From Mytilus edulis (Eukaryota): a stretch of DNA of 64,000 nucleotides. The translations under genes were made by a program, and so were the position numbers. Position 1 is the first letter of the stretch; every line of letters starts with the position of its first letter. This document shows, one piece after another, positions 51,067-64,000 of this stretch. A model generated the notes under the pieces. The model saw nothing but the letters and a program-made list of their open reading frames with translations. It made no database searches and was not told where the DNA came from. The stretch spans positions 3,968,001 through 4,032,000 of the forward strand of contig NC_092352.1 of assembly GCF_963676685.1 (NCBI RefSeq), given 5' to 3'.

Positions 51067-51790
51067 TGTATCTTGGTTTTATTATACAACTAATGTATCT
51101 TGTATCTTGGTTTTATTATACAACTAATGTATCCTGTATCTTGGTTTTATTATACAACTAATGTATCCTGTATCTTGGTTTTATTATACAACTAATGTAT
51201 CCTGTATCTTGGTTTTATTATACAACTAATGTATCCTGTATCTTGGTTTTATTATACAACTAATGTATCCTGTATCTTGGTTTTATTATACAACTAATGT
51301 ATCCTGTATCTTGGTTTTATTATACAACTAATGTATCCTGTATCTTGGTTTTATTATACAACTAATGTATCCTGTATCTTGGTTTTATTATACAACTAAT
51401 GTATCCTGTATCTTGGTTTTATTATACAACTAATGTATCCTGTATCTTGGTTTTATTATACAAATAATGTATCCTGTATCTTGGTTTTATTATACAACTA
51501 ATGTATCCTGTATCTTGGTTTTACTATACAACTCGTGTATTGTGTATCTTGGTTTTACCATACAAATAGTGTTTCATGTATCTTGGTTATACTATACAAC
51601 TAGTGTATTGTGTATCTTGGTTTTACCATACAAATAGTGTTTCATGTATCTTGGTTTTACTATACAAATAGTGTTTCATGTATATATACATCTTGGTTTT
51701 ACTATACAAATAGTGTTTCATGTATCTTGGTTTTACTATAGAAATAGTGTATGTATCTTGGTTTTACTATACAAATTGTGCATGTATCTT
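51067..51790. repeat. 34-bp minisatellite (TGTATCTTGGTTTTATTATACAACTAATGTATCC)
   Basis: A homogeneous core runs to ~51530, with degenerate units after it and at ~50345-50510. Confidence 0.95.
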
Positions 51791-52204
51791 GAATAAGACA
51801 ATATTACAAGGTAATGAACCAATTACCAATATTTAATTTTTATCATCTCTGAAAAAAACTTTAACATGCAGGCAGGTGAATGTAGGCCCTTTGACAGATA
51901 TAAAAAATCCTTTTATTTGAGATTCAATATAGGAAGAAATAAACAATTTTTATTCTGATGGATCAACCTAAATGTAGTTAGCATGGTGGATGTTTTGTAC
52001 AAAATACTGCATGTATTTAAACAAGGTTTAAGTATTTACCATAGCGTGATGTGCATGGCCTGACAATTGATATGTTTTTTTTATTAGTGATAAATGTAAT
52101 TTATTCTATTTATAAAACAAAATGCAACTTTATAATTTGAGGTGTCCTTAAAACAATGTTTTTTTCATTACAGGAGAGGGATTAATTTCCAAACCTTCAC
52201 CAGA

Positions 52205-55200
52205 ATGGCGTCTTCTGATAAAGGAAAGTTCAGAAATCGTCTTGCAAATGAGAAATCTCCTTACTTGTTACAACATGCTTCTAATCCTGTTAACTGGTAA
52301 GGTATTATATCTAAATATAGATAATTGATGATAATTTCAAACCAAGTGTTTCTCAGCTACAATTACGCACAAGTAGCATATGAACAGAAAAATTATCACA
52401 AAAAAAGAGCAACTTAGGCAAAATGCACAAAATAGGGATAAGAATAAATATCACCAAAAAAATTCAAAGGAAAATATTAGAAAATAATATTAGATTACAT
52501 GTATAACATGTATAGTGTTGTTGACCAATTTGATGCTCCTAATGCTTGTAGTAATTGTTCATGATGATGGACACTAGACTACTTATGTTTTCAAGGTTAA
52601 ATCACAAAATCATGAAAATATAAGTTATCTTTTCAATGTCAATTTTCCTAGGTTTACAATCCATTCTGGATTAGACAATAGACAATAGACAATATTTTAT
52701 TAGCACAAACACCATGAACACATTTACATTAAATGGTTATGGCATACAAAATTAAATAAGTCTAAAAAGTTCTGTCCATTTACATGTGTAGATAGATTAG
52801 AAGGTGACTTTGGAAACACCATGTATCAATACAAGACTTGCATATAGAATTGTGATACATGTAGATGTACAAATAATGATAAAGATGGCTTTCATGAAGT
52901 TGAAATAAAGTTAAAAAAAAAATTTAAGTATAAAAAAAAGAAGATGTGGTAATATAGTTGTCAATACGACAACTCTCCACAAGAGACCAAAATGACACAG
53001 AAATTAACAACTATAGGTAACCGTAAGAGCTGTAAAAACTGTGGTAGAATATAAAGGGGTTTTGAATTAGTGATATGATACCTTTTTATGTAGCTGCTTT
53101 TAATTTTTTTCTAAGGTATCCTTGGGGAAAAGAAGCTTTTACCAAAGCCCAAGAAGAAAACAAACCAATATTTTTATCAGTTGGTTACTCTACATGTCAT
53201 TGGTGCCATGTTATGGAAAGAGAATCATTTGAGAATGAAGAAGTGGGCAAGATTCTCAATGATGATTTTGTTTGTATAAAGGTGGACAGAGAAGAAAGAC
53301 CAGATGTTGATAAAGTCTACATGACATTTGTACAGGTAATTGTTGATGTTACTTTTGATAAAGTGTACATGATATTTGTACAGGTATTTGTTTACTGTAC
53401 AATGTTGGCTTGGGAACACAGTTATATTGTCCTTTGATTTTCCTTGTCCATGAACATATTTCTAGTGTGGACAGTGTGTTACTTGCAAATATTTTTAATA
53501 TCCCTTCTAAATTTTATTTCTTTATGTTTTATGCCTCAAATAGCAAGTAGGGGATGAAGTTACACTATGAAAAAAATTGGGTCATGAATTTTAAAGTAAA
53601 GTAGTGATTTGGTCCAGCTGATAAATTAGCATTTTTGAAAGCTGTCAAAGATTTCAAGACCCCCTTAACATAAAATTGTCAATATTTTGAGTAAGAGATG
53701 ATGAATATTTCTATAATTTTGATATAATTTGTCCCAAAAGTAGTACAACACACTGTAAAAATTTTATCGAGAAAGCGTATGTGCAATTTTTATACGACCG
53801 CAAAATTTGAAAAATTTTTCGTCGTATATTGCTATCACGTTGGCGTCGTCGTCTGCATCGTCGTCGTCCTCCTCGTCGTCGTCGTCGTCGTCCGAATACT
53901 TTTAGTTTTCGCACTCTAACTTTAGTAAAAGTGAATGGAAATCTATGAAATTTTAACACAAGGTTTATGACCACAAAAGGAAGGTTGGTATTGATTTTGG
54001 GAGTTTTGGTCCCAACATTTTAGGAATTAGGGGCCAAAAAGGGCCCAAATAAGCATTTTCTTGGTTTTCGCACTATAACTTTAGTTTAAGTTAATAGAAA
54101 TCTATGAAATTTTTACACAAGGTTTATGACCACAAAAGAACGGTTGGGATTGATTTTGGGAGTTTTGGTTTCAACAGTTTAGGAATTAGGGGCCAAAAAA
54201 GGGCCCAAATAAGCATTATTCTTGGTTTTCGCACAATAACTTTAGTTTAAGTAAATAGAAATCAATGAAATTTAAACACAATGTTAATGACTACAAAAGG
54301 AAGGTTGGTATTGATTTTGGGAGTTTAGGTCCCAACAGTTTAGGAATTAGGGGCCAAAAAGGGACCCAATTAAGCATTTTTCTTGGTTTTCGCACCATAA
54401 CGTTAGTATAAGTAAATAGAAATCTATGAAATTTAAACACAAGGTTTATGACCATAAAAGGAAGGTTGGTATTGATTTTGGGAGTTTTGTCCCAACATAA
54501 TAAGGGGCCCAAAGGGTCCAAAATTAAACTTTGTTTGATTTCATCAAAATTGAATAATAAGGGTTCTTTGATATGCCGAATCTAACTGTCATGACTGTGT
54601 ATGTAGATTCTTAACTTTTGGTCCCGTTTTCAAATTGGTCTACATTAAGGTCCAAAGGGTCCAAAATTAAACTTAGTTTGATTTTAACAAAAAATGAATC
54701 AGTTAGGTTCTTTGATATGCTGAATCTAAAAATGTACTTAGATTCTTGATTATTGGTCCCCAGTTTTCAAGTTGGTCCAAATCGGGGTCCAAAATTAAAC
54801 TTTGTTTGATTTCATCAAAAATTGAATAAATGGGGTTCTTTGATAAACCAAATCTAACTGTGTATGTAGATTCTTCATTTTTGGTCCTGTTTTCAAATTG
54901 GTCTACACTAAAGTCCAAAGGGTCCAAAATTAAACTTAAAAATTGAAATCTTGGGGTTCTTTGATATGCTGAATCCAAAAATGTACTTAGATTTTTTATT
55001 ATGGGCCCAGTTTTCAAGTTGGTCCAAATCAGGATCTAAAATTATTATATTAAGTATTGTGCAATAGCAAGTCTTTTCAATTGCACAGTATTGCGCAATG
55101 GCAAGAAATATCTAATTGCACAATATTGTGAAATAGCAAATTTTTTTTTAATTAGAGTTATCTTTCTTTGTCCAGAATAGTAAGCAAGAAATATCTAATT

Positions 55201-58200
55201 GCAAAATATTGTGCAATAGCAAGATTTTTTTTTAATTGGAGTTATCTTTCTTTGTCCAGAATCAACTTAAATCTTTGTTATATACAATATAAAATGTATA
55301 TTCACTTTTTACTACCAACTGATAAATTAAAATAATCTTTACCATTCAGTGATAACAAGCAGTTTTTTTACATCTTAATATTTTATGATGTATTTAAATG
55401 AGTAGTTATTGTTGCAAACTCCATTAGAAATTTTAATTGAGATTAGTTTTGGAATAAGGGAAAGGGGGATGTGATTAAATAAATTGGGTTCAATTTTTCT
55501 CATTTGAAATTTCACAAATAAAAAAGAAAATTTCTTCAAACATTTTTTTGAGAGGATTAATATTCAACAGCATAGTGAATTGCTCTAAGAGAAAACAAAA
55601 ATTTTAAGTTCATTAGAACACATTCATTCTGTGTCAGAAACCTATGCTGTGTCAACTATTTAATCACAATCCAAATTTAGAGCTGAATCCAGCTTGAATG
55701 TTGTGTCCATACTTGCCCCAACCGTTCAGGGTTCAACCTCTGCGGTCGTATAAAGCTACGCCCTGCGGAGCATCTGGTTTAAAATTTCATTTATTGTCTA
55801 ATAGAAATGCACTAGGAAATAACTGTGTTCTTGGGCCTGTTTCTGTGGATATTAACATATTAATGTTGATAAAGTGTACATGACACGTGTACAAGTAACT
55901 GTTTATATATATATACTGTATTGAAATAACTTGAACAATATTTGTTTGGGTAATGGACTTAATACAATTAAAAAATTAAAACAACACATTAATAATTTCA
56001 TGCGTCTGAAGTGCTTTTCTGGATTTACCATGTTTACCTTCATCAGGAACACTCATTACAGGAAGTTGAACTATCAATGTTTGATAAGATTATAATTATG
56101 TCTGTTTTAGGCCACACATGGAAGTGGAGGATGGCCCATGAGTGTTTGGTTGACACCAGACTTGAAGCCTATTGTTGGAGGAACATACTTCCCTCCTGAT
56201 GATAGATATTATGGCAGACCAGGGTTTAAGAGTATTCTGAAAAAGATTGCACAGCAGGTAACCATGTTTCATATATCATGTATATGTTTAATAGAAAACA
56301 TATTATTTTTGTTTCACTACATAATCAACAAGATCACTAATTACTAATTTAAAATAAAATTTTGGTATGGTTGTTTTGTTGAAGATTTAGAAATTACTGA
56401 CAAAAACAGCTCTACAAACATAAATTTTTAGGTTACTTTAAATTCAAAATTTTTGCAATGTTTTGATAAATTATTGTAAAATGAACAGGATAGGATGTGC
56501 ATAAAAAAATGCATTGTAAAGTTTGAGAGTATTTAAGGTATGCACCATTTCCAAAAATCACAATAATATTCCTGCAATTTTGTTCAATTTTCAACAATCA
56601 CAATAATAAATGAATTAAAAAAAGTTCTATCCTCACAGTATATATCATGTATATAATCATATAAATCTCAATAATAGAATTGTAAAATTCTAAAGTTATT
56701 GTGTGTAATGAGAAATATTCAAAGATCTGCATTCAGTGTGTATAGTGAAGTTTTTTTTTTAATGAGGTTCATCCCCAAAATACATTTTATAATGATATGC
56801 ACTACAATGGAAAACAATTTTGTATTGAATATACATACATATTAATCTGAATCTTTATTTTGTTAATGTTTTCAATGAAACATATTCATGAAATACAAAA
56901 AGTAGCCAACCAAAAAAATTAACTCATTCAAAGGGAGATAATTCTGCAGTTTTGAGTTTCTAATTGATGGTATATTATTGTTAGTGGGAGGAGAAGAGAG
57001 AGCTGATAGACCATCAAGGAACAGCTATATTGGATGCATTAATGAATGGTACATTGTTAGCAGGGTCAGCTGACCTAGGACGTCCTGGCAGAGAAAGTGT
57101 CTCTAAATGTTATCAAATGTTACAAAAGTCTTATGATGAAGAATTAGGAGGGTTTGGTAAAGCACCAAAATTTCCCCAGCCAGGTATATATAAAAACATA
57201 TCCTTAAGTGATTGAGTATGTCTGACATATCTCAGGATTCATAGCCTCCTTTGCATCTACTTACTTTCCTTTACGATTATTGTAAAACAAAATTTCGAAC
57301 TTCCAGGTAAACATATCAGTTTTAATCAAATCAAATTGAGAATGGAAGTGGGAAATGTGTCAAAGAGACAACAACCCGACAAAAGAACAGACAACAGCAG
57401 AAGGTCACCAACAGGTCTTCAATGTAGCGAGAAATACAGGATTACATTTGCTCATTAAATAGCAACAATTGTATTAAACATGATCACCTCTTTGGTAATA
57501 ATAAAACAGATTTTATGACTAATTATTAAGTGTGTTTTATTTTTCAGTGAATTTTAATTTCCTGTTCCATTTGTATGCCACAGAACCTAATAGTGAAGTT
57601 GGTAAGATGGCATTAGAGATGAGTCTGCAGACACTCAGGTTTATGGCTAGAGGAGGAATTAATGATCATGTTTCTAAAGTAAGTTGCTATTTTGTATTTA
57701 AAGCAGAAACTACTGGCAGAATTTTCCCTGATAATATTTTCCTGATGGAATGAATAATTATACTTCTCTATATATAAACAATACCAATTATTACACAGAA
57801 TTTACAAACAAAAATTTGTTCACTTAAAATGGGGCAAAAAATGATCATGGTTTTAACATATATTTTTGTTTGTTCACAATTGAAACACCAAGAATAATAA
57901 AAAATTTCAAATTTTATTCAGAAATTACAAGTGTAATAATGGCTGTACAAATGATATTTTATGATAATAAAAAAGTTAGGTCTATTTTTTAGGTTAACTG
58001 TATCCTGTTTCAATGATTATATTTTTACACAACATTAAAAAATGTACACATTTGAAACATGATTATATTCAAGTTTTGAAAATTTGTATTCTTAAAAAAT
58101 CCTTAAAGGCTAATGTAAAAAAAAAATCAATATATTTATGTTTTGCAATACTGATGATGAGTTTATTGACAGGGCTTTCATAGATACTCTACAGACACAA

Positions 58201-61200
58201 TGTGGCATGTGCCACACTTTGAGAAAATGTTGTATGATCAAGGACAGTTGTTGGTGGCTTATGCCACAGCCTATCAGGTATGTATACTAGAAAGAAGAAA
58301 AAATAATTGTTAAATATGTACCTTTTATCAGGTTGTCTGCATTTCTTTGGAAATAGAGAAAAAAAATTGAGTCTTGCAAAGTTTTTCTCCTGTTTTTGTA
58401 GCTAGAACAAATAAATTTAATATTCATACAAGGTACAAATATTATGTTTATTCTGCAATTTAACATTTATGCTTAAATCTTTAATTTTTAACTACCCAAC
58501 CATTGAATTTGTTTCTAAGTGACTAACATGCAGACTACTATACACAATACTTGATTAATTGTGACATTTACAGTGACTTAAGGTTTAATTTGTTTCACAG
58601 AGCTATGGTCATGGATAATTCTTTTTGTACAAAGTCAGATTTTAATCAATTTGTATTTTTAATTCAAAATGCTGAATTACAATATGAGTTATCTATCTTG
58701 GTGCATAATATGATAAGAAGACGTCGCGCTCTGAAAAGTAATCTACAGTCTTAATTGTATATTTTCGTAAGAGTCAAAGTTTTTTTAATTTATTTATTTT
58801 TTAATTCATGATTGTATATATCTGTAAAAGTCAGTTACAGTTATTTTTTTTTTTTTTATTTATTTTTTTTTTAATTCATTTCAATCATATTCTTTTTATT
58901 GACTATTTTACTGAGAGGGTTTTAATAAAACAAGATTACTGCGTTTTATTCTTCGCAATCTGTTTATATAACCTCTTTAAAATATATTCTTTTTATCACA
59001 TATCATTAATTTTTTATGTCATACTTAATTTTGTCATATCTATTTTTAAAAAGACATTTTTTTTTTTTTTTTTTTTTAACTACTTACAAATTATGTTAAT
59101 ATATTTTTTTTTATGATGTGTAATATCCGGATAATTTTAAACATTTATAACATTTTATTATGTTTTTATTTTGTATTTGTTAAATAGATATAAATTTGTA
59201 TATATAGTGTCTCATAAGCCTTTCTAGGCTGGGTATTTGTCTTATTTTATTATTGTGCAATGTATATTATATAAACTGTATAAATAATCTGTAGACAAGT
59301 ATGTGACACTCTTAATAAAATAAATTATTATTTACTATAACAACCCCTTATTTTTGTTATATATATTTGAATCACAGATAAATCTGTTAAAAACTTTATT
59401 AAGGGGATCTGTTTAATTTGAATGCTTTAAAAATTTGTAATTTAAAACAGAAAGATGAATTTGATTACAGATAACTAAAGATGAAACGTTTGCTGATGTT
59501 GCCAGAGATATAGTGGAATATGTGACTAGAGATTTACAAAGTCCTGTAAGTTAATTAAAAAATTCCTGTAGATATAATAATAATGAGATGTGGTATGAAT
59601 ACCAATGAGACAACTATCCCAGAGAGTACAAATGTCTTGGATTTAATTAGGTATACGTTACAGTTCATCCTTCAACAATGAGAAATCTGAAACTGTATAG
59701 TGAGTCATAAAAGGCCTTTACATGCCAAAATGTGAATCGAATGAACATAGAAATTCAACAACCAGATTTATGACAAAAAAAAACCCAAAACCTCTATGAC
59801 AGACAGCAACCAATGACAGCCACTAGATGGAGACCCACATGAAAGAAGCAGTGTTTAACATGTTTATTAAACATCATGAACATATAGCTAATAAAATTGA
59901 GAAAGGAAATAGGGAATGTTTCAAAGCGACAACAACCAGACCATAGAGCAGACAACAGCCGAAGGCCAACAAAGGGTCTTCAATGTAGCGAGAAACTCCC
60001 GCACCCTTAGGTGTCCTTTAGCTGGCCCCTTAAAAAATATGTATACTAGTACAGTGATAATGAACGTCATACTAAACTCTGAATTATTCACAAGAAACTT
60101 AAATTAAAAAATCATACAAGACTAACAAAGGCCAGAGGCTCCTGACATGGGACAGGCTCAAAATTGTGGTGGGGTTAAAATTGTTTATGAGATCTCAACC
60201 CTCCCCCTATACCTCTAGTCAATGTAGAAAAGTAAACGCATAACAATACGCACATTACAATTCAGTTCAAGAGAAGTCCGAGCTAGCTAAGCTAAGTATA
60301 TATGTTTGCAGTCAAAAACATAATTATTAAATGAGCTTTTTGAAATAAGTTGTAATAATGTGTATTACAAATAATAATAATTCTGCTAATAATGATGGAT
60401 ATTATTAACAAGTCAATGAAAACTGAGATCTTTGTAAATGTTAAAATATTTAATATAATCAATTTTGTAGAATTAGATATTAAAAAATACCTCTGAAAAA
60501 CAGATAAAAAAAATCATATCTTAGTATTTGCAAGATGTTCTTTTCTACAACCAAATTCTTTTTTTTCTCAGGAAGGTGGGTTTTATAGTGCAGAAGATGC
60601 TGATTCCTACCCAGTAGATGACACTTCAGAGAAAAAAGAAGGTGCCTTCTGTGTTTGGACCTATGAGGAGATACAGTCTCTTCTGAAGGAACCAGTAGAA
60701 GATAAACCAGACATTAAAATGGCTGACATATTTTGTTTTCATTACGATATTAAAGAGGATGGGAATGTTGATCCAATGCAGGTAGATATAATAAGTTCTC
60801 TGAAAACTAATTAATTAATGACACACATAAACATATCTATAACCTATGCTACAAATCAATGCAGAGCAGAGGAGGGCCGCTAATCACTTCAAATTAGCAA
60901 GGCTTGATAAAAAAAAAATTGTACTGTTTTTCCAACTCTTAGTCCATCAGATTTTCAGCCCTTTTGGGATTCTGTAAGCTTATAAAAAAATTATTTATAT
61001 TTGATCACAGTTGTACTTATTCATATGATATAATGTGAAGAAAAGATTTACATGATAAGTTATATAGATGATTGTATATTGCAAAATTGGATAGTGTAGC
61101 TTTTGCACTAGCTGTGTATATTATGTACTGTGTTCTTTTTTTTCTCTTTTATTTATTTACTATTCTCATTATTAATTCAAGTTATGAAAGAAAAACCACA

Positions 61201-63592
61201 TTTTGACTTATAATTTTTCAGATATTGTAATATTTTTGTCCTGATAATCTTTATGTTTATTTCAGGATCCACATGATGAATTGAAGAATGAGAATGTTTT
61301 GATTGTTAAAGGTTCTGTAGGACAGACTGCAGAGAAATTTACTATTGGAGTTGATAAGACCAAACAGATATTAGAGCAATGTCGTCAAATTCTATATGAA
61401 GTCAGACTGAAGCGACCCAAACCACATCTTGATACTAAGATCTTATCTGCATGGAATGGTATGTTTGATTACACGATACATATAATTTGTAATATATATT
61501 TATTTTACTTAGTTGTTCAGATTCAGATAATACTGGTAGAAAAAAGAGGGACGAAAGATACCAGAGGGACAGTCAAACTCATAAATCAAAAATAAACTGA
61601 CAACACCATGGTAGAAGCTAGACTGCAGGACTTTTCATTAGTTTAATATATATAAAAGGAAAGCAGTTTAGATTTGTGCAAACCTGTCTGAAGTCCAGAC
61701 TTATTATGTAAAGTAAGAGATTTGTGTATGTTAAACTGGTTTATTTTTACCTCATTTTATTCCTGTACCATGGTTTTAACCTACAGTGATAAGAAAGAAA
61801 ATATATACATTATTTTCTTAGCAAAATCAACATTGTCCTGAAACTTGTAATTTATTTTGTAGGATTAGTAATATCTGGTTTAGCAAAGGCAGGGTCTGTT
61901 TTGCCTAACAAAGATTTCGTGGCCAAAGCAGAAAATGCTGCCTCTTTTATACAGAAATACTTATACAAAGCAGATGATAATGTCTTATTACGTAGCTGTT
62001 ACACAGAAGGGAAGGATGTTGTCCAAGGGTTCGTATATTTGTACTAGCTAGTTTCTGGTGGGACATTAAGTTTTCCTAACTTTTCTGTAAGCTTTATTCA
62101 AACAAGGCCAATGCAGCTAGAATGAGATTTACAAATTTAGTGAGTAATTTAAACCAAGTTGTTTGTTTATTTTCTTTAATTCTTTGTATATCTCTTTCAA
62201 TTAAAAAAGATCTTCCAACCGCTGCTGTTTCTAATTAAAAATTTAAATCTCCAAGATTTTAATGTTAAAGTTAACATATTACATGTTCATGCTAATATGA
62301 ACACAGACATGAACATGGTGCCAAGGATGCTTTGATTATTTTTTCCAGACAGACAGTGATACAAGGTTTTGTAGATGACTACACATTTATGATCCGAGGT
62401 CTGTTGGATTTATATGAAGCCAGTTTTAATGACAAGTGGCTATCCTGGGCAGAGTCACTTCAGCAGAAACAAGACGAGTTATTCTGGGATACAGAAGATG
62501 GAGGATACTTTAACAGTGTTGGTAATGATTCCTCCCTTGTACTCAGACTTAAAGAAGGTAGGTAAAGAGCAAAATATTTTTTCTTTTGAAAATATGTTTG
62601 CCTTCTCATGATCACCAAATGACCTTTATATAGGGGTTGAATTTTAAAACTATATGTATAAACATCAAATGCAAAAAGTAAAAACATAAAAATACTGAAC
62701 TCCAAGGAAAATTCATAAAGGAAAGTCCAAAATCACAAGGCAAAATTAAAAGTCCAAACAAATCAAACGAATGGATAACAACTGTAGCAAATAAGTGCTT
62801 TGTTCAATTAATAATAGATGCCTAGTTTCTCAATGTCCATTGACAAACTATGTCTATCAAATAATTAATGATCTTGCTTTTAGATGACAGTTCTTTAGAA
62901 CCTTTAATTTTTATATTGGCTTTACAGTTTAGTAATACAAGATCTTTGGTATGAATAAATTATGAGGTATAAGTCCATTAGACAGCAACAAATAAGATAA
63001 GTTAACAATTCCATTGTTCATGTAAGACAAACTACAAGGTGAATAATACTGCAACCTAAAAAAGCAATGGAAATAAAAATGACAACTAAAAACAACATGA
63101 AGTTGACAGTGCAGTTTTGCAAGCTGGTACAATGAAAAGTGAGACAAACAGACAGTTACTGCCTAGCAGACCTGATAATAACCTACAGGTTACAACAAAA
63201 CATTATTAACTTCCTATCAAGTATCAATTCACTCCTTTAAACAGAAGCTGGGTGTTATGGCAGCTAGGAAGGAACAAACAAAAAGTCAAGGGGTTGTTCT
63301 AATATATTACACACTCTATGAGTTAGGGGGGTAATTAATATTATTATTAATTTAATTAAACTAAATTGATTTCCAATTGTATATACTCACAGATCAAGAT
63401 GGCGCTGAACCTTGTTCAAACTCAGTAGCTGTGAGTAACTTACTCAGACTTTCAAACTTCATTGATAAACCAGAATACATAGAGAAAGCGAATAAGATAT
63501 TGACTGTGTTTAATGAACGTTTGATGAAGATTCCTCTTGCTGTACCAGAGATGGTTTCTGGACTTCTGTTTTCTCTGTCAACAACAAAACAG
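52205..63592 (+). CDS. SPATA20: Spermatogenesis-associated protein 20 (thioredoxin-like DUF255 + alpha/alpha-toroid), 3'-incomplete in window
   Basis: In-phase exons: 52174(ATG 52205)-52296 ([21 protein letters not shown]), 53116-53335 ([28 protein letters not shown]), 56111-56257 ([13 protein letters not shown]), 56985-57183 ([10 protein letters not shown]), 57548-57678, 58173-58277 ([21 protein letters not shown]), 59471-59545, 60572-60781 ([11 protein letters not shown]), 61266-61458 ([13 protein letters not shown]), 61863-62028, 62349-62557 (GFVDDY), 63393-63592 (DGAEPCSNS). Upstream exon(s) are likely. Confidence 0.96.
53407..55837. mobile_element. Non-autonomous TIR element with a 4-bp TSD, hosting a HINE
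   Basis: Ends GGCttggGAACACAGTTAT / ATAACTGTGTTCttggGCC; TGTT at 53403-53406 and 55838-55841. Confidence 0.65.
53787..55778 (+). mobile_element. Complete-looking Helentron-type HINE
   Basis: 5' TTTTTATACGACCGCA with a nearby IR (GTCGTATA, 53821), a (CGT)n microsatellite and internal ~120-bp tandem units. The 3' sub-TIR TGCGGTCGTATAAA (55741-55754) is followed by a GC hairpin. Inserted in a T run. Confidence 0.82.
59890..60282 (-). repeat. Dispersed retro-repeat tail family carrying a twister-like motif
   Basis: Its terminus is shared with 57333-57435; it contains 60132-60218. Confidence 0.75.
60132..60218 (-). ncRNA. Twister-ribozyme-like motif, P5-type permutation (best-paired P2/T1)
   Basis: The minus strand reads CTAGAGG-tata-GGGG-GA-GGG-t[tgagatctca]taaacaattt-TAA-CCCC-ACC-acaattttga-G-CCTG-TCCCATGT-CAGG-ag-CCTCTGG. 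Confidence 0.75.
61540..61610 (-). mobile_element. 70-bp extreme 3' end of PLE family 1
   Basis: Near-identical to 800-870 and to the reverse complement of ~29175-29243. Confidence 0.8.
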
Positions 63593-64000
63593 GTCAGTTC
63601 GTCTTGTATGATCAGGAAAGGTTAAGAAATTTTAAAAGTGTAGTTTACTATTTTAATTGGTATATATTGTGAATTTTCTCTATCTTCTGATATTTTTCAA
63701 ACCTTTTTGCTTGTCTCTGAAATAAAAAAAAGAGCTACTGAACCAACACCTCTTATGTTTTGTGCTGGTAGAGTTCCCTTTAATGGATAACAGATGGTAT
63801 GCAAGTTTTTCAGATAAAACATTTAAATGCTGCTAAACACTTAAGAAAACTGTATCTTTTATTGGTTGACATGTTTCACTCATTAAATTTCCCTGAAATC
63901 TAAATAACGAAAAAGAACGAACAATATGAACTTGGTTTAATAAGAAATAAAAGTTTAGACAAGAATTGTTCTGCACAGTAGATTCAATTTTGATTTCTAA

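Noticed and set aside
53711-55017. Minus-strand ORFs with Arg runs and repeats
   Set aside because: They derive from the HINE microsatellite and its internal tandem units.

Overview
AT-rich, intron-containing animal genomic DNA. The repeat families suggest a bivalve, probably a Mytilus-like mussel (inference). Host genes: three type-I membrane receptor genes rebuilt exon by exon, all with tyrosine-rich tails (A: SUEL lectin + kringle, 4724-10824 -; B: SUEL lectin, 17447-23766 -; C: Cys-rich orphan ectodomain, 30273-34844 +), plus the 5' and central part of SPATA20 (52205 onward, running off the window). Mobile DNA: an apparently complete ISL2EU (PIF/Harbinger-related) transposon at 41311-47691 with 17-bp TIRs and AT flanks. 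It carries an intact 4-exon THAP-DDE transposase and a convergent SAP-SWIM-YqaJ exonuclease gene with one -1 frameshift. Also present are many Penelope-like retroelement (PLE) fragments, MITEs, Helentron-type HINEs, hAT and MULE relics, and minisatellites. The most notable non-coding signal is a circularly permuted (P5-type) twister-ribozyme-like fold in the tails of several PLE-linked repeat families. It covaries between families and occurs alongside minimal type-I hammerhead ribozymes. All calls were made by eye; nothing was searched or folded computationally.
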